From the NCBI GenBank assembly GCA_963727825.1, contig CAVSHO010000011.1, positions 1-64,000 on the forward strand: a stretch of 64,000 nt of DNA. Reading direction: 5' to 3'. This document shows, piece by piece, positions 37,886 through 49,377 of the stretch (the first letter of the stretch is position 1; every line of letters begins with the position of its first letter). The translations under genes and the position numbers were made by a program. The notes under the pieces were generated by a model. The model had not been told where the DNA came from and did not search any database. It saw only the letters and a program-made list of their open reading frames with translations. The DNA is from Ignavibacteriota bacterium (GTDB taxonomy: Bacteria; Bacteroidota; Ignavibacteria; UBA10030).

Positions 37886-40120
37886 CTAAATACCCAATCG
37901 CAATCCAGCATAGACCATCCTGCCGGTCAGCGGTCCCCAGATAAGCGATGCATCAAAGAACGGACCCTGAGGATTTGCACTATCAAGAATAGGATTGGTT
38001 TGACGGAAATTTAAAATATTCTCAAGGCCTAGATACAAATCAATGTTTTTTATAAATGACCGTGTTACCTGAAGATTCATAGTAAGAAAATTTGGTGAAT
38101 AGGCCAGTGCGCGTAAGCTATCCGGATTCAGCAAGGTTTCAGGAATTCGTTTCCTTCCAAACCATTGCATAGTCACATCGAATGATGTTTGCGGATCATC
38201 CGGCTGGCTACGTTCCGTTGCATATGAAATGGTCGCAAGTGCGCGGTTCTGCGCTGTGAGAGGTCGTTCAAGCCATGCGCTATCTAACTTCTGTTTCACA
38301 TCTAAATACCTGTAGGCAATACGTATGTCCAACCTCTCAAGCGGTTGAAAATTCAGCTCTGTCTGAAAACTATTGGAATATGAACCATTGGGCACCGAAT
38401 AAAAAATAACCTGATGAGGATTTGTATCAAAATCTGCAAGTACAACTTGTTCAAATTCCGTTCGATACAAATCGATTATCAGCGATGCTTCACGATAAGC
38501 AAATTGGAAATAATGAGTAAGATTGAAACCATAATTCCACGCTACTTCTTGCTTTAGTCCGTACCCAAATGTTCCGGTTGGAATAATGGAAACCGTCCTA
38601 GAGCTGGCAAACACAGTAGAATTTTCTGCAAAAATATTTGCCGTTCGATAACCTTTCCCTGCAGCTAAACGCAGCACCCAGTCTTCTTGCGGCGTGTAGC
38701 GGATATGCAAGCGTGGTGTTATCATGGTGCCATACGCATTGTGCTCATCGGCACGGATGCCTGCAACAAGCGAAAATTGTTCGCTAGGACTGAACGTATA
38801 TTCAAAGAACACACCAGGCACTCTTTCCACTCGCTGATACTGCATAAGGTCAAATGTTTCATTGAAATCATCGAACAAAAAACTCATTCCGGTTCTGAAT
38901 TTATGCACCGTGCCGGAAAGCGAAGATTGATAGAGAACATTGATATACCCGCTTTGCTCGTCACCGTTATATTCGCGTGAACCAAACTGCGAAGAGTTGC
39001 GGTACCGGCTTAATGACCACTGGATACCAATACTCTGGTCATGATCATCAGAATAAATAAAACCCGTTTTTCCATTCATCCGCAAAAGATCGCTGTTTGT
39101 TTTATATAGATATGAAGTTGGTAATGACTGAATCAGTGTGCCTCCATCCTTCCTATCATTCACATATTGTACAGCAAGTTGTCCGGTGATTCCGTTCAGG
39201 TCATTGAAATTCCAGCGCTGCATTATATTGTAGGTTGTGAATAATGGCGTATCAAGAAAACCATCGCCATTGTCGTCAACAGAATGCTGCTGCGAACTTG
39301 CATGAAACAGCGTCATTGACGAAAGATTATCACTTAATCGTTCCCGCACATTGAAGTTTGCTTCCATTCGCTGGTCCTGATTTCCATAAAGATTTAGAAA
39401 GAATTGCTGCTCATCGTCTTTCTCAGGTTTCCGCAGATCGACATCGATCTGACCAGTGATGGACTCATACCCGTTCGCAACAGAACCAATACCCTTTGAT
39501 ACATTGATTGCTTCTATCCACGTTCCCGGAATAAATGTCAGCCCCACATTGGACGTCAAGCCGCGAATATATGGCATATTTTCTAGGGTGGTTTGCGTGT
39601 AAATTCCTGAAAGTCCAAGCATTTCAATTTGTCTCGTTCCGGTGATTGCGTCAGTGTAAGAAACATCAACGGATGGATTAGTTTGGAAACTTTCGGACAG
39701 ATTACAACATGCCGCTTTGAAGAGTTCTTTCTGAGTCACAACAGTTTTATTCAAAGGATTCGAATACTCAAGATAGGAAGCCTTTCGCTCGCCGACAACG
39801 CTTACTTCGTCAACAGCATGAGCTTCAGGTCTTAGAAATATCCGAATAGAATGTTGAGTTTTTATTGCTATTGTATCCGGATGATATCCAATATAATGGA
39901 CAACGAGCGTTGTAGATTCCTTCACAAACGGAAGCGTGAAGAATCCGATCGAGTCAGTTATCGTGCCGCGTGAAGTACCAAGCCAGTATGCGTTGACACT
40001 AACCAGCGGATGTTCATTTCCCTTTTCATCCTTCTCTCCGACAAAGCCTTTCAGAACATCCTGGGCAAACGCAGAAGACAACAGAAAAACAAGGAAAACA
40101 AAAAACATGAATGCTTTCAT
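37886..40120 (-). CDS. TonB-dependent receptor (heavy-metal cluster type)
   Basis: N-terminal carboxypeptidase-regulatory-like domain, KAACCNLSESF plug motif, beta-barrel C-terminus. Confidence 0.9.
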   Translation of the reverse strand: MKAFMFFVFLVFLLSSAFAQDVLKGFVGEKDEKGNEHPLVSVNAYWLGTSRGTITDSIGFFTLPFVKESTTLVVHYIGYHPDTIAIKTQHSIRIFLRPEAHAVDEVSVVGERKASYLEYSNPLNKTVVTQKELFKAACCNLSESFQTNPSVDVSYTDAITGTRQIEMLGLSGIYTQTTLENMPYIRGLTSNVGLTFIPGTWIEAINVSKGIGSVANGYESITGQIDVDLRKPEKDDEQQFFLNLYGNQDQRMEANFNVRERLSDNLSSMTLFHASSQQHSVDDNGDGFLDTPLFTTYNIMQRWNFNDLNGITGQLAVQYVNDRKDGGTLIQSLPTSYLYKTNSDLLRMNGKTGFIYSDDHDQSIGIQWSLSRYRNSSQFGSREYNGDEQSGYINVLYQSSLSGTVHKFRTGMSFLFDDFNETFDLMQYQRVERVPGVFFEYTFSPSEQFSLVAGIRADEHNAYGTMITPRLHIRYTPQEDWVLRLAAGKGYRTANIFAENSTVFASSRTVSIIPTGTFGYGLKQEVAWNYGFNLTHYFQFAYREASLIIDLYRTEFEQVVLADFDTNPHQVIFYSVPNGSYSNSFQTELNFQPLERLDIRIAYRYLDVKQKLDSAWLERPLTAQNRALATISYATERSQPDDPQTSFDVTMQWFGRKRIPETLLNPDSLRALAYSPNFLTMNLQVTRSFIKNIDLYLGLENILNFRQTNPILDSANPQGPFFDASLIWGPLTGRMVYAGLRLGI

Positions 40121-40161
40121 TTCTCGCCTCTTATCAATTCGTATGTATGTTGAATGATGAG

Positions 40162-40509
40162 TTAGCGAGACTTCTGGCTGTCGCGATAAAGGCAGCAGGA
40201 AGGCAATTTGTTGTAAACAGAATCGGCCGCTAAATATTTCTCTGTATCGTGTCCCACTGCAGCGATCCGTTGCTGTAATGAATCAAGTGTGATCGCAGGT
40301 GAAAGATAGGCAACTGAAAGCATTTTGGTCTGTTTGTCCCATTTGGCAGATTTCACTTCTTTGATCTTCAAAGCCTTTTCGATGCGGCTTTTACAAGAAG
40401 AACAATTACCAAAAACTTTAAACTCAGATTCTTTCACAGTGTTTTCCTGTGCACCAAGGAACGATGAAAGAGAAACTATAAGCACGAATAAAACTATAAG
40501 ATATTTCAT
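40162..40509 (-). CDS. Periplasmic heavy-metal-associated (HMA) domain protein
   Basis: GNCSSCKSRIE, YNKLPSCCLY. Confidence 0.88.
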   Translation of the reverse strand: MKYLIVLFVLIVSLSSFLGAQENTVKESEFKVFGNCSSCKSRIEKALKIKEVKSAKWDKQTKMLSVAYLSPAITLDSLQQRIAAVGHDTEKYLAADSVYNKLPSCCLYRDSQKSR

Positions 40510-40602
40510 GGCTTTCCTCAATAATTAATATAATGTGTATAGATACGTCGATTTTGCGGATTGAATATAGCTTTTCCGCATCAGAGCATTAGAATACACT
40601 TC

Positions 40603-40986
40603 TTAAATGAGGAGCGAGCAATGAAGAATATATGATGGCGGCGAATCTGGCGGCGAATTTGTCGGAAGAACTATGTGTACTGAAATTGAAGAAAACAATT
40701 CCTCAATTGATTTGTCTGCCCAAAGGTTCACATCTGTTTGTGGAGATGATTGTTGATCTGCATGGACAGCAATTTGTTCATCGTTCAATTGTAATGATTT
40801 TATCTCTGTTTTGCAGCAGCTATTAGAGGTAGTAGCGTCATCACAGCCGCAGGGATTTTCTTTGGGAACAATGGGCAGAACTTGTACGGAAACAATCTTT
40901 CCGCCGCAGAAATGCGTTGCCACAGTCATTCCAACCGTGAGAACAAAATATATAAAGAGAAATAATGTAGTTGTTGTCTTTTTCAC
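40603..40986 (-). CDS. HYC_CC_PP-family metal-cluster protein
   Basis: HFC, CC and PP motifs; upstream of the HMA and TonB genes. Confidence 0.8.
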   Translation of the reverse strand: MKKTTTTLFLFIYFVLTVGMTVATHFCGGKIVSVQVLPIVPKENPCGCDDATTSNSCCKTEIKSLQLNDEQIAVHADQQSSPQTDVNLWADKSIEELFSSISVHIVLPTNSPPDSPPSYILHCSLLI

Positions 40987-41126
40987 AGTTTAAAATACTA
41001 ATATTTGAACGTAGTACCTAATGAATTCATTTCTAAATCCTGGATCTTCCATGATATTTATCGGAATTCAAACTATTAACTATTTATATATCGATAATTT
41101 CCAGGTCTCTTCTATTTCTTGTATGT

Positions 41127-41816
41127 TTAGTATTCCGTTAAAATACGATTTGCATTTCCGGAATAATTTTCATCATTCGGAGCTGCAATAAGATCAAAAT
41201 TTACGCTAAGCTTTTCGTGCGCATTGATCAGGCCAAAGAAAGCAGATGGCGGAGTAATATTGAAATCAATCATTGAAAGATTTATACTTCCAATAATTTC
41301 AAATTTTCTTTCATGAAGGCTTTTAATGTTGACATCGATCGTATCCTGTCGTGAAACTCCGGCAACCGATAGATTTCCAATGGTGCGTAAACCAAAAAGG
41401 CCGTTGAATCCTGTCGAGTCATACAAAACTATGGTTTTAATTAATTTGTATTGAATGACAGAATCCCTATTTGCTTTTAATGCGGTATACATATCCTCAT
41501 TCATAGCTGGATTCCCGCAGTCGAAAAATTTCACCAGGACATCTATTTGCGCATGTTTATTGGAATTATTGGCTATAGAATTAGAATTATTCTTATCTAA
41601 ATTATTAGTATTGATATCTCCAATTCCATATACAGCAACGGTTCTGCATTCATAAGAACCAATAGTAGCGCTGCCATCTATCCACAAGCGGCTTCCGGTT
41701 TCGAGATGATAGGCTATAGAATTATTATTCCGATCCCATGAAATAGAAGCAAATGAGATCAGAAGCGATAATGCAATAATATTTATTCGTTTTAATTTCA
41801 TATAACTTACCATCAA
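41127..41816 (-). CDS. YceI-family protein
   Basis: SRLWIDGS, MNEDMYTALKA, GNLSVAGV, DFNITPP. Confidence 0.8.
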   Translation of the reverse strand: MMVSYMKLKRINIIALSLLISFASISWDRNNNSIAYHLETGSRLWIDGSATIGSYECRTVAVYGIGDINTNNLDKNNSNSIANNSNKHAQIDVLVKFFDCGNPAMNEDMYTALKANRDSVIQYKLIKTIVLYDSTGFNGLFGLRTIGNLSVAGVSRQDTIDVNIKSLHERKFEIIGSINLSMIDFNITPPSAFFGLINAHEKLSVNFDLIAAPNDENYSGNANRILTEY

Positions 41817-41858
41817 ATTGCTGAAGAATCGATATTACACTGATTTTTAGGTTTCTTT

Positions 41859-43163
41859 TTAATTAAAAGCGTATTGTAATTGCATCCTGCCTTGGACTAT
41901 ATTCTGTCTATTTATTTTTCCACCTGTAGCAATATAAACAACTTGGTCCGGTTGTTGAGTAAGAACGTACGAACCGCTTATCGGATCATTCATAACTGGA
42001 GCTTGAATTAAAATTGGTAAATCTAATGTGAGTTTCAAACGATCATTCTTTAGGAAATAGGTTATTCCAAGTGTAATCTCATGGATAAGATTATCGCCCA
42101 CGAGGCTGTATGATTGTTGATTGCTGCCTATATATGCAAATTTCGAGCTCGGACTGATAAAAGCATATCGTAAGGCAATCTCATATGGCTTCTTATGAAT
42201 TCCGAATTGTATTCTTCCACCTGCTGACGAAATGGAACCGTATTTGTTGTTGTAACCGCCGTAGTTCAATTCCGCCTCTGCAAAACCTAATAGATCTTCA
42301 CTAAGAGTTTTACGAATCGCAGCATCAGCTCCTATCTGCCAGAATTGCCCTAAATCAAGCGGCGAAGCTGCAATGAAGGGATTCCAGTTAGCGTCTAATA
42401 AGAGCGACTTGTCGCTGGATTTTACATTAAGGACTGTCGAATGGCCGATTCTTGAATCAGAAGTATACAAAGCATTAATATAGAATGCAGAACCTGTCGA
42501 TGGATTATAGCTAGTTTGCTTGACTGTAAGAATATCTTCATCATACCCATCATTGATTCCAGCACGCAGAACAAGCATTGGAATCCCAATCTTCTCAGGA
42601 AGATATTTAATCGGGATGTCTCTTCCTCCTCCGGTAAATATACCCAGAGCAGCAGTCAGATCTCCAGAGGTTCCGTATGTAGCAAGCCCAACATCCCTTC
42701 CAATTTCAAAATCATCATATTGAATTGATCGGTCACCAAAAGAAAGGTAACCAGTGTTTGTCATACCTTCGCGACCGTATGGAACTTTAAATTGTCCTGC
42801 TTTAAGCCGGAGAGATTGCGATAGTGGGACATCAATGCTGAAATCCAACATTTGCAGCGAGATACCTGGTGAAGGAGCCACTATAACATCTTCTCCTCCA
42901 AAAGCAAATTGGACATCGAGCTTGGTACCATCGTCATTCCCTTGAAAGCCGAATCTCGCTTCTTTAAGATATAAGTATACCCTTTGGTCTGATTCAACTT
43001 GGTCCGTTAAGGATTGTCCAAATCCTAACAATTGTAATCTCCCGTATGGAGTTATTTCTAGCTTGGCTTCTGACGTCGTGTCATTGTTAGGTTGAGCATT
43101 TGCAGGCAGAGTATATATTCCAATGATAAACAACACAAAAAGCATTTTCTGAAATGTTTTCAT
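41859..43163 (-). CDS. Outer-membrane porin (OprO/OprP-like)
   Basis: Signal peptide, AGQFKVPYGRE, GRDVG, terminal QLQYAF. Confidence 0.75.
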   Translation of the reverse strand: MKTFQKMLFVLFIIGIYTLPANAQPNNDTTSEAKLEITPYGRLQLLGFGQSLTDQVESDQRVYLYLKEARFGFQGNDDGTKLDVQFAFGGEDVIVAPSPGISLQMLDFSIDVPLSQSLRLKAGQFKVPYGREGMTNTGYLSFGDRSIQYDDFEIGRDVGLATYGTSGDLTAALGIFTGGGRDIPIKYLPEKIGIPMLVLRAGINDGYDEDILTVKQTSYNPSTGSAFYINALYTSDSRIGHSTVLNVKSSDKSLLLDANWNPFIAASPLDLGQFWQIGADAAIRKTLSEDLLGFAEAELNYGGYNNKYGSISSAGGRIQFGIHKKPYEIALRYAFISPSSKFAYIGSNQQSYSLVGDNLIHEITLGITYFLKNDRLKLTLDLPILIQAPVMNDPISGSYVLTQQPDQVVYIATGGKINRQNIVQGRMQLQYAFN

Positions 43164-43190
43164 TTGTTCTTCCTCTCAGGTTTTTTGTTT

Positions 43191-43805
43191 TTAGTTCGAT
43201 GGAATAGATGGAACGAGTAATTTGTAATTTTTAAGACCGACTTCGAATTCGACAGACACTTCATTTCCTGTTTTTAACACACCAAGCATAAATGTCGGTG
43301 GTTTAATGCCGTAGTCGGTCATCAACAATGTTTTTTTACCGCGTACGGTGATAATCCCGTTGCTATTTTTAATGACTTTAACTGGCAAATCAATCAATTG
43401 CTCCTTTCCTGCTATCGTCAGTGTTCCGTGTAGTTGTAAAGTAGAGTCCGAATGAATCAAGTTCTTTTCCCCGGGGCTATCGGAATGAAAAAGCGAGAAT
43501 TTTATATCGGTATATTTTTCCGCCTTTAAAGCTTCATACATATTGTCATCCATAGAAGAACTTTCCGAATGAATACTCTTTACCGGGATGATTACTTCGG
43601 CGGATGTGAATGTTCGCATAAGCGTATCCATTTCTATAACTCCATTGAGTACCGTCGATTTGCATTCATAATCGTGTAGCGTTGATGTCCCCTTGAGAAT
43701 AATAGTATTGGAAGGTTGAATGGATAATTGAATATTCGTTCCAGCCCCTATCCAGACCGATAAGCTCAATATTATTAATGGTGCGATGCTTTTAAATTTC
43801 AACAT
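43191..43805 (-). CDS. YceI-family protein
   Basis: GTSTLHD, MDDNMYEALKA, GTLTIAG, MTDYGIKPP. Confidence 0.88.
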   Translation of the reverse strand: MLKFKSIAPLIILSLSVWIGAGTNIQLSIQPSNTIILKGTSTLHDYECKSTVLNGVIEMDTLMRTFTSAEVIIPVKSIHSESSSMDDNMYEALKAEKYTDIKFSLFHSDSPGEKNLIHSDSTLQLHGTLTIAGKEQLIDLPVKVIKNSNGIITVRGKKTLLMTDYGIKPPTFMLGVLKTGNEVSVEFEVGLKNYKLLVPSIPSN

Positions 43806-44370
43806 AATGACAGCCTCTTTTCTTCGTTGATATACTTTTAACTGGAATCATATTCCTTAAATGCTAACAGTAAAACGGCAACAAAAGTTTCACAAACCAT
43901 ATTTATTTTTATAATCTTGAGATAGAGCACTAGTTTCACTTTACAAGATTGTAATTGGAGAGCAATGTATTTTGTAAAAATATAATTCGATGGATGTATT
44001 CGAATATGGAACGAAATTCTTTTCAATTTGTTATAATAGGAAAGGTCTATTGTCATAACAAATTTATCGGGTGTCTGCAAAGACGAATATCATTATGAGG
44101 ATCATCGGATCGCTTGATCATTCGTTGAAATTTGATATAAGTTATCGGTTTGTAGAGGATTCATATGCAATCTTTCTAGCACATAGACAATGTCTATTTA
44201 TAATTTAAACGATTTGCAGTTTCTGCAGTCAAAAAGATAGGCACGTTTAAGGATGCTATTTATTAAAACAATTAGAATTGAAAATGTTTTTAATGAATTT
44301 GTAATAATTGTAATCTCGATAATTAAGATGTGTGATTATATTTATAAGTACATCATCCATGGAGGCATAA

Positions 44371-47242
44371 ATGAAAACATCTATTACCGTTTCTTTACTA
44401 CTCCTTCTTTTAGCAGCTAACGAAGTAATCTTAGCTCAAACTTTTGATCATATCTCGCCAAAGGATAATTCGATACTTGTTTCGTTAAGTACGAATATTA
44501 TTCTTAAATCACATGACTCTATTGACCCATCAAGCCTTTCGCCAAACGAATTTTCTGTCACTGGCTCGATGAGCGGCATACACCAGGGAACTGTACGATT
44601 ATCCGATGACAACAAAACAATTCTGTTTCTTCCATCAACGCCTTTTTTACCAAGTGAAGATGTACGTGTTCAGGTCGCTCAGGATATAACGACAACAGAT
44701 GGAGTGGCTCTTCCTGTGGTCATAATACATTTCAAAACAACTCCGCTTTCGCAGCCGCTCATTAATATCTCGCAGTCATACGACGGGACAAATGTAACCG
44801 CCGGGAATACCACAGCAGCACCGCGCTCTCTTCGCAAGACTTCGGGAGTTGATACCGTGCCATCCAATTTTCCACAAATAACGATTGGAACATCCAACAA
44901 TCCGGCGCCAGGGAGCATCTTCATAACCAACTTGACAACAACCGCTAATGCGTCTATAGGAAGCTATTTGATGATAGCCAACAACGATGGAAGTGTTGCC
45001 AAATACAAAGCACTTCCGGCAGTTGCGACCCTGTTTAAAATGGAATCCAACGGTGAGCTCTCGTTCGACTTCAGTGCAAATAGTGAGCGCTATATCATGG
45101 ATACTTCCCTAACAACGATCGATTCACTCCAATGTGGCAACGGCTATAGCGCGGATCAACATGACGGCATCCTGTTGCCGAACGGTCATGCGATATTATT
45201 TGCCTACGATCCGGAGCCAGTCGATATGAGCCAGATCGTGCCAGGAGGCAGCCCGGATGCAGTAGTCACCGGATTAGTGGTGCAGGAATTAGATGCCTCG
45301 AAAAATGTGATCTTTCAATGGAGAACCTGGGATTACCTTCCAATAACAGACTCGTATATTGATCTTACGACTCAAACTGTTGATTTAATCCATGGAAATG
45401 CATTAGCCGTTGATTTGGATGGAAATATACTTGTCTCCATGCGGCATCTTTCAAGTATTGTAAAAATAAACCGTCAAACCGGGGATGTGATGTGGATTTT
45501 AGGTGGAAAACAAAATCAATTCACGTTCATTAATGAACATGCAGCCAACGCTCCAACCTATTTTTCGTATCAGCATAATATCAACGCACTTCCAAACGGG
45601 AATTATACTTTGTTCGATAACGGTAATCAGCATGCACCTAATTATTCCCGCGGTGTGGAATATAAATTGGATGTGCCGAACAAAACGGCAACCCTGGTCT
45701 GGGAGTACCGGCACACACCAGATATCTATAGTTTCGCTACAGGCTCCGTTCAACGGCTACAAAACGGAAATACCTTGATAGACTGGGGTATCGCTCCCAG
45801 CACAAGCACTGTACCAATATTCACGGAAGTTCATCCGGACAACTCAACGGCACTCGAATTGTCTCTTCCTGCAGGACAATTTGCGTATCGCACATACAAG
45901 TACCCATGGGTAAGCCAGAAACCAAATGCAGCCGTTTCGGTTGAAATTTTGCCGGGGAATACCTATTCCTTCAACAATGCTGGGGATACGACAGGAATTA
46001 AAATAACATATAATTCTCTGACGCTGGCATTCTATGCAGGTATGACTGATGACGAGTTATCCTTATGCCCCGGTGAATCCCACGTTTAGCACCCAGGCTC
46101 CCCTTATATATTCAAATTACTTCAACATCGCAGGTTCTGGTTTCGGCACCTATACCGGCGTTGTTCAGGTCAGTCTTGCAAATTATCCTGCGGTCACCAA
46201 TCCCCGGCAGACCATCGTCTATGCAAGAACAGGTATCGGTAATATTTTTACTTCTCAGCCGACAAGCTATGACTCAACCAAGAATATTTTAACATTTACC
46301 ACCTCGACACTTGGTGATTTCGCTTTCGGAATACCGCAAATTATTGATTCTGCTTACGCGCCAGTTCCAATATCTCCAACGGACAGTGAGATTGTAAATG
46401 AACAGGCCCCGGTAAAATTTGTTTGGGGAACACGTGGCATTGTTCAAACGTATCATCTTCAAATTTCCATGAATGCCTCATTCAGCAATTTGGTAGCTGA
46501 TCAATCAAGCTTAAGCTCAACTAATTTTACACTGAGCTCAGTGAACAATAATGCGACATATTATTGGCGGATAAACAATACAAATACTTCTGGAATAAGC
46601 AACTGGTCAAAGGTAGCGAGCTTTACTACTGCTGCTCCATTTATAAAATTATTGTCTCCAAACGGCGGCGAGAAAATCTATCTTGATTCTATTAGTATTA
46701 TCCGCTGGGAATCAAATGCGAGCGATACAGTATCGATAGATCTCCTCAACGGCAATACGGTCAGTTCGGCCATTAATGACAGCGTGGTATCCGGAACGTA
46801 CGCATTCGGATGGCAGGTTGCTGCAACCTTGCTGGCAGGATCAAACTACAAGATCAGAGTAGTCAGCAGAACTAATTCCAGCTTATTCGGTGTAAGCAGT
46901 TCTGCCTTTACAATTTTATCAAGTACCACCGGAGTGAGCTCCTCCAACAATGACATCGTCAAAAGCTATGAACTGTACCAAAATTATCCCAATCCGTTCA
47001 ATCCCTCAACGGCCATTCGATTCAGCGTTCCGCAACGAAGCACAGTACATTTGACTATTTATAATATTCTTGGCCAGGTGGTGGCAGAACTGTTCAGTGG
47101 AACAGTTGATGCCGGATATTTCGAAAAGGAATGGTACGCTAACGTTGCTTCCGGTATTTATTTTTATCGTCTTGATGCCGTTGCGGTAGACAATCCCGCT
47201 ATGAGATTCACGTATGTAAAGAAGATGGCACTGTTAAAATAA
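44371..47242 (+). pseudogene. Aryl-sulfate sulfotransferase-like protein with Ig-like/Fn3 domains and T9SS CTD; frameshift near 46048
   Basis: HGNAL, YQHN, LFDNG motifs in 44371-46089; overlapping ORF 46049-47242 supplies the CTD. Confidence 0.75.
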
Positions 47243-47301
47243 AATATTGTTCCACATATGATAGACTGTAGTTCATCCATATAGTGTAGTAAAGGGTACC
47301 G

Positions 47302-49260
47302 ATGAAAACTAGATCTTGGCGATCACAATCAATTGTAAATAATCCTATTTCTGTTTATTTATTTCGTTCCTTCAGATTATTGATTCCGCTTTATGCACTG
47401 TTTTTCTTTACAGGTGCCTCTAAAATAACGACGGTACAATATATCTCGCCTGTACCCAATTCAAAAATAGTAAAGGCGCAGACAAATATCATTATGAAGG
47501 TCATTGGGTCGCTCGATAACACGTTGAAAAAAGATTCGTCACTCTTTCTTGTGAACGGCTCTCTTAGTGGTAAGCATCTTGGGCTTGTATCAATTTCTGA
47601 TGATAACGAAACAATCGTGTTTCTTCCGGATGTCCCGTTTACTCCTGGTGAGAAGGTTTCAGTACTTTTACGTAGTGGGGTTCGAACTCGCGAAGGTTAC
47701 GCTGTACAACCAGTTGCCTTTTCTTTTACGATATCTTCGACGATAGGCGAGAGTCAAACACACAAGACTCAAACAGAACTGGCCAGAATAAGTCTTGCAG
47801 AAAACTCCATTACCAATCCGGCACATGTTCAATCACCGTCGAATAGAATAGGCAAGGTTCAAGATCCCCTTCCTTCCGGATTTCCATTAATGAGACTCAC
47901 TGCATCCAACAATCCGTCGCCGGGATATATTTTCCTTTCGTCCTATAAAACAGACAATCCAGGCAATCACATGCAATATGCGCCTTTTGTCTACTCCGAC
48001 GAGCAATATAGCATAATCCTTGATAATAGTGCCAATCCGATCTATTATAAAAAAATGCCTGGATTTAATACTGATTTTAAAGTTCAGCCAAATGGACACC
48101 TCACGTACTACGATGATTCATGTCCTGCCTTCTATGAAATGGATACCACTTACACAATCACCAATACGTACACCGCTGAAAATGGATACACGATAGATTC
48201 CCATGAGTTTAGAATATTGCCGAACGGTCATGTTATTTTTTTATGCCAGGATCGAGAACCAGTGGACATGAGCAAGATTGTCAGTGGTGGTGATTCAAAC
48301 GCACTCGTCATCGGGATAGTGATACAGGAGCTCGACAAGAATAAAAACGTTGTATTCCAGTGGAGAAGTTTTGATCACTTCCAAATCACTGATGCGACAC
48401 AGGAGGATCTGACTGAAAGTCTCATTGACTATGTCCATTCAAATGCAATCGAATTTGATACGGACGGAAATATTCTTCTTTCGTCACGCCATTTGGATGA
48501 GATCACCAAGATCGATCATACGACAGGAAATATTATCTGGCGTTGGGGAGGGAAAAACAACCAATTCACATTCATCAACGATACAATTCATTTCTCTCAT
48601 CAACATTCAATACGTAAAACGCCTACTGGAACATATATCTTATTTGATAACGGCAATTTCCGGACTCCAGCATTTTCAAGGGCATTAGAGTATGCTCTCG
48701 ATGAAAAAGCTAAGACTGCTACTCTCATATGGCAATATAGACATACGCCGGATGTAGTTTCTATTGCCATGGGTTCTGTACAAAGACTGTCGAACGGAAA
48801 TACGCTAATAGGATGGGGCACTGGAACGCCAGCTTTAACGGAAGTGCGTCCGGATGGTACAACTGCTCTCGAGCTACAATTTCCGGACAGTGTTGTAAGT
48901 TATCGCGCGTTCCGCTCTGTGTGGCCGCTTCCGACTGCAACAAATGTTTTGCAGCCGGGCAGTAAACCCGTAACATCTTTTTTGCTTCTCCAGAATTATC
49001 CAAACCCGTTTAATCCCACAACGACCATTCAATTTAATTTGGAGAATCAATGCTTTGTGAATCTCAAAGTGTACGATATGCTTGGGCGTACGATTGCAAC
49101 TCTTGTCGAAAAAGAAATGTCTTCCGGAAATTACTCAGTTCCTTTCGATGCAAGCAGATACTCATCAGGCACATATCTCGCAGTGCTGAAGGTCACTGTT
49201 GAAGGTCAAAACGGACATAGCGTGTACACCTATACACGAAAAATGACATTAAATAAATGA
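47302..49260 (+). CDS. Aryl-sulfate sulfotransferase-like protein with T9SS CTD
   Basis: [27 protein letters not shown]. Confidence 0.85.
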   Translation: MKTRSWRSQSIVNNPISVYLFRSFRLLIPLYALFFFTGASKITTVQYISPVPNSKIVKAQTNIIMKVIGSLDNTLKKDSSLFLVNGSLSGKHLGLVSISDDNETIVFLPDVPFTPGEKVSVLLRSGVRTREGYAVQPVAFSFTISSTIGESQTHKTQTELARISLAENSITNPAHVQSPSNRIGKVQDPLPSGFPLMRLTASNNPSPGYIFLSSYKTDNPGNHMQYAPFVYSDEQYSIILDNSANPIYYKKMPGFNTDFKVQPNGHLTYYDDSCPAFYEMDTTYTITNTYTAENGYTIDSHEFRILPNGHVIFLCQDREPVDMSKIVSGGDSNALVIGIVIQELDKNKNVVFQWRSFDHFQITDATQEDLTESLIDYVHSNAIEFDTDGNILLSSRHLDEITKIDHTTGNIIWRWGGKNNQFTFINDTIHFSHQHSIRKTPTGTYILFDNGNFRTPAFSRALEYALDEKAKTATLIWQYRHTPDVVSIAMGSVQRLSNGNTLIGWGTGTPALTEVRPDGTTALELQFPDSVVSYRAFRSVWPLPTATNVLQPGSKPVTSFLLLQNYPNPFNPTTTIQFNLENQCFVNLKVYDMLGRTIATLVEKEMSSGNYSVPFDASRYSSGTYLAVLKVTVEGQNGHSVYTYTRKMTLNK

Positions 49261-49377
49261 TTCGTTATGGAAATCGGTCCCTTGAGCGGAGAACACTCCG
49301 AAGAATCGTAGGAATTTCATAAAGAAAGAATTATCTGTCATGATATTTCGATTTTTTCAACTTGGGGAGAACTATTT

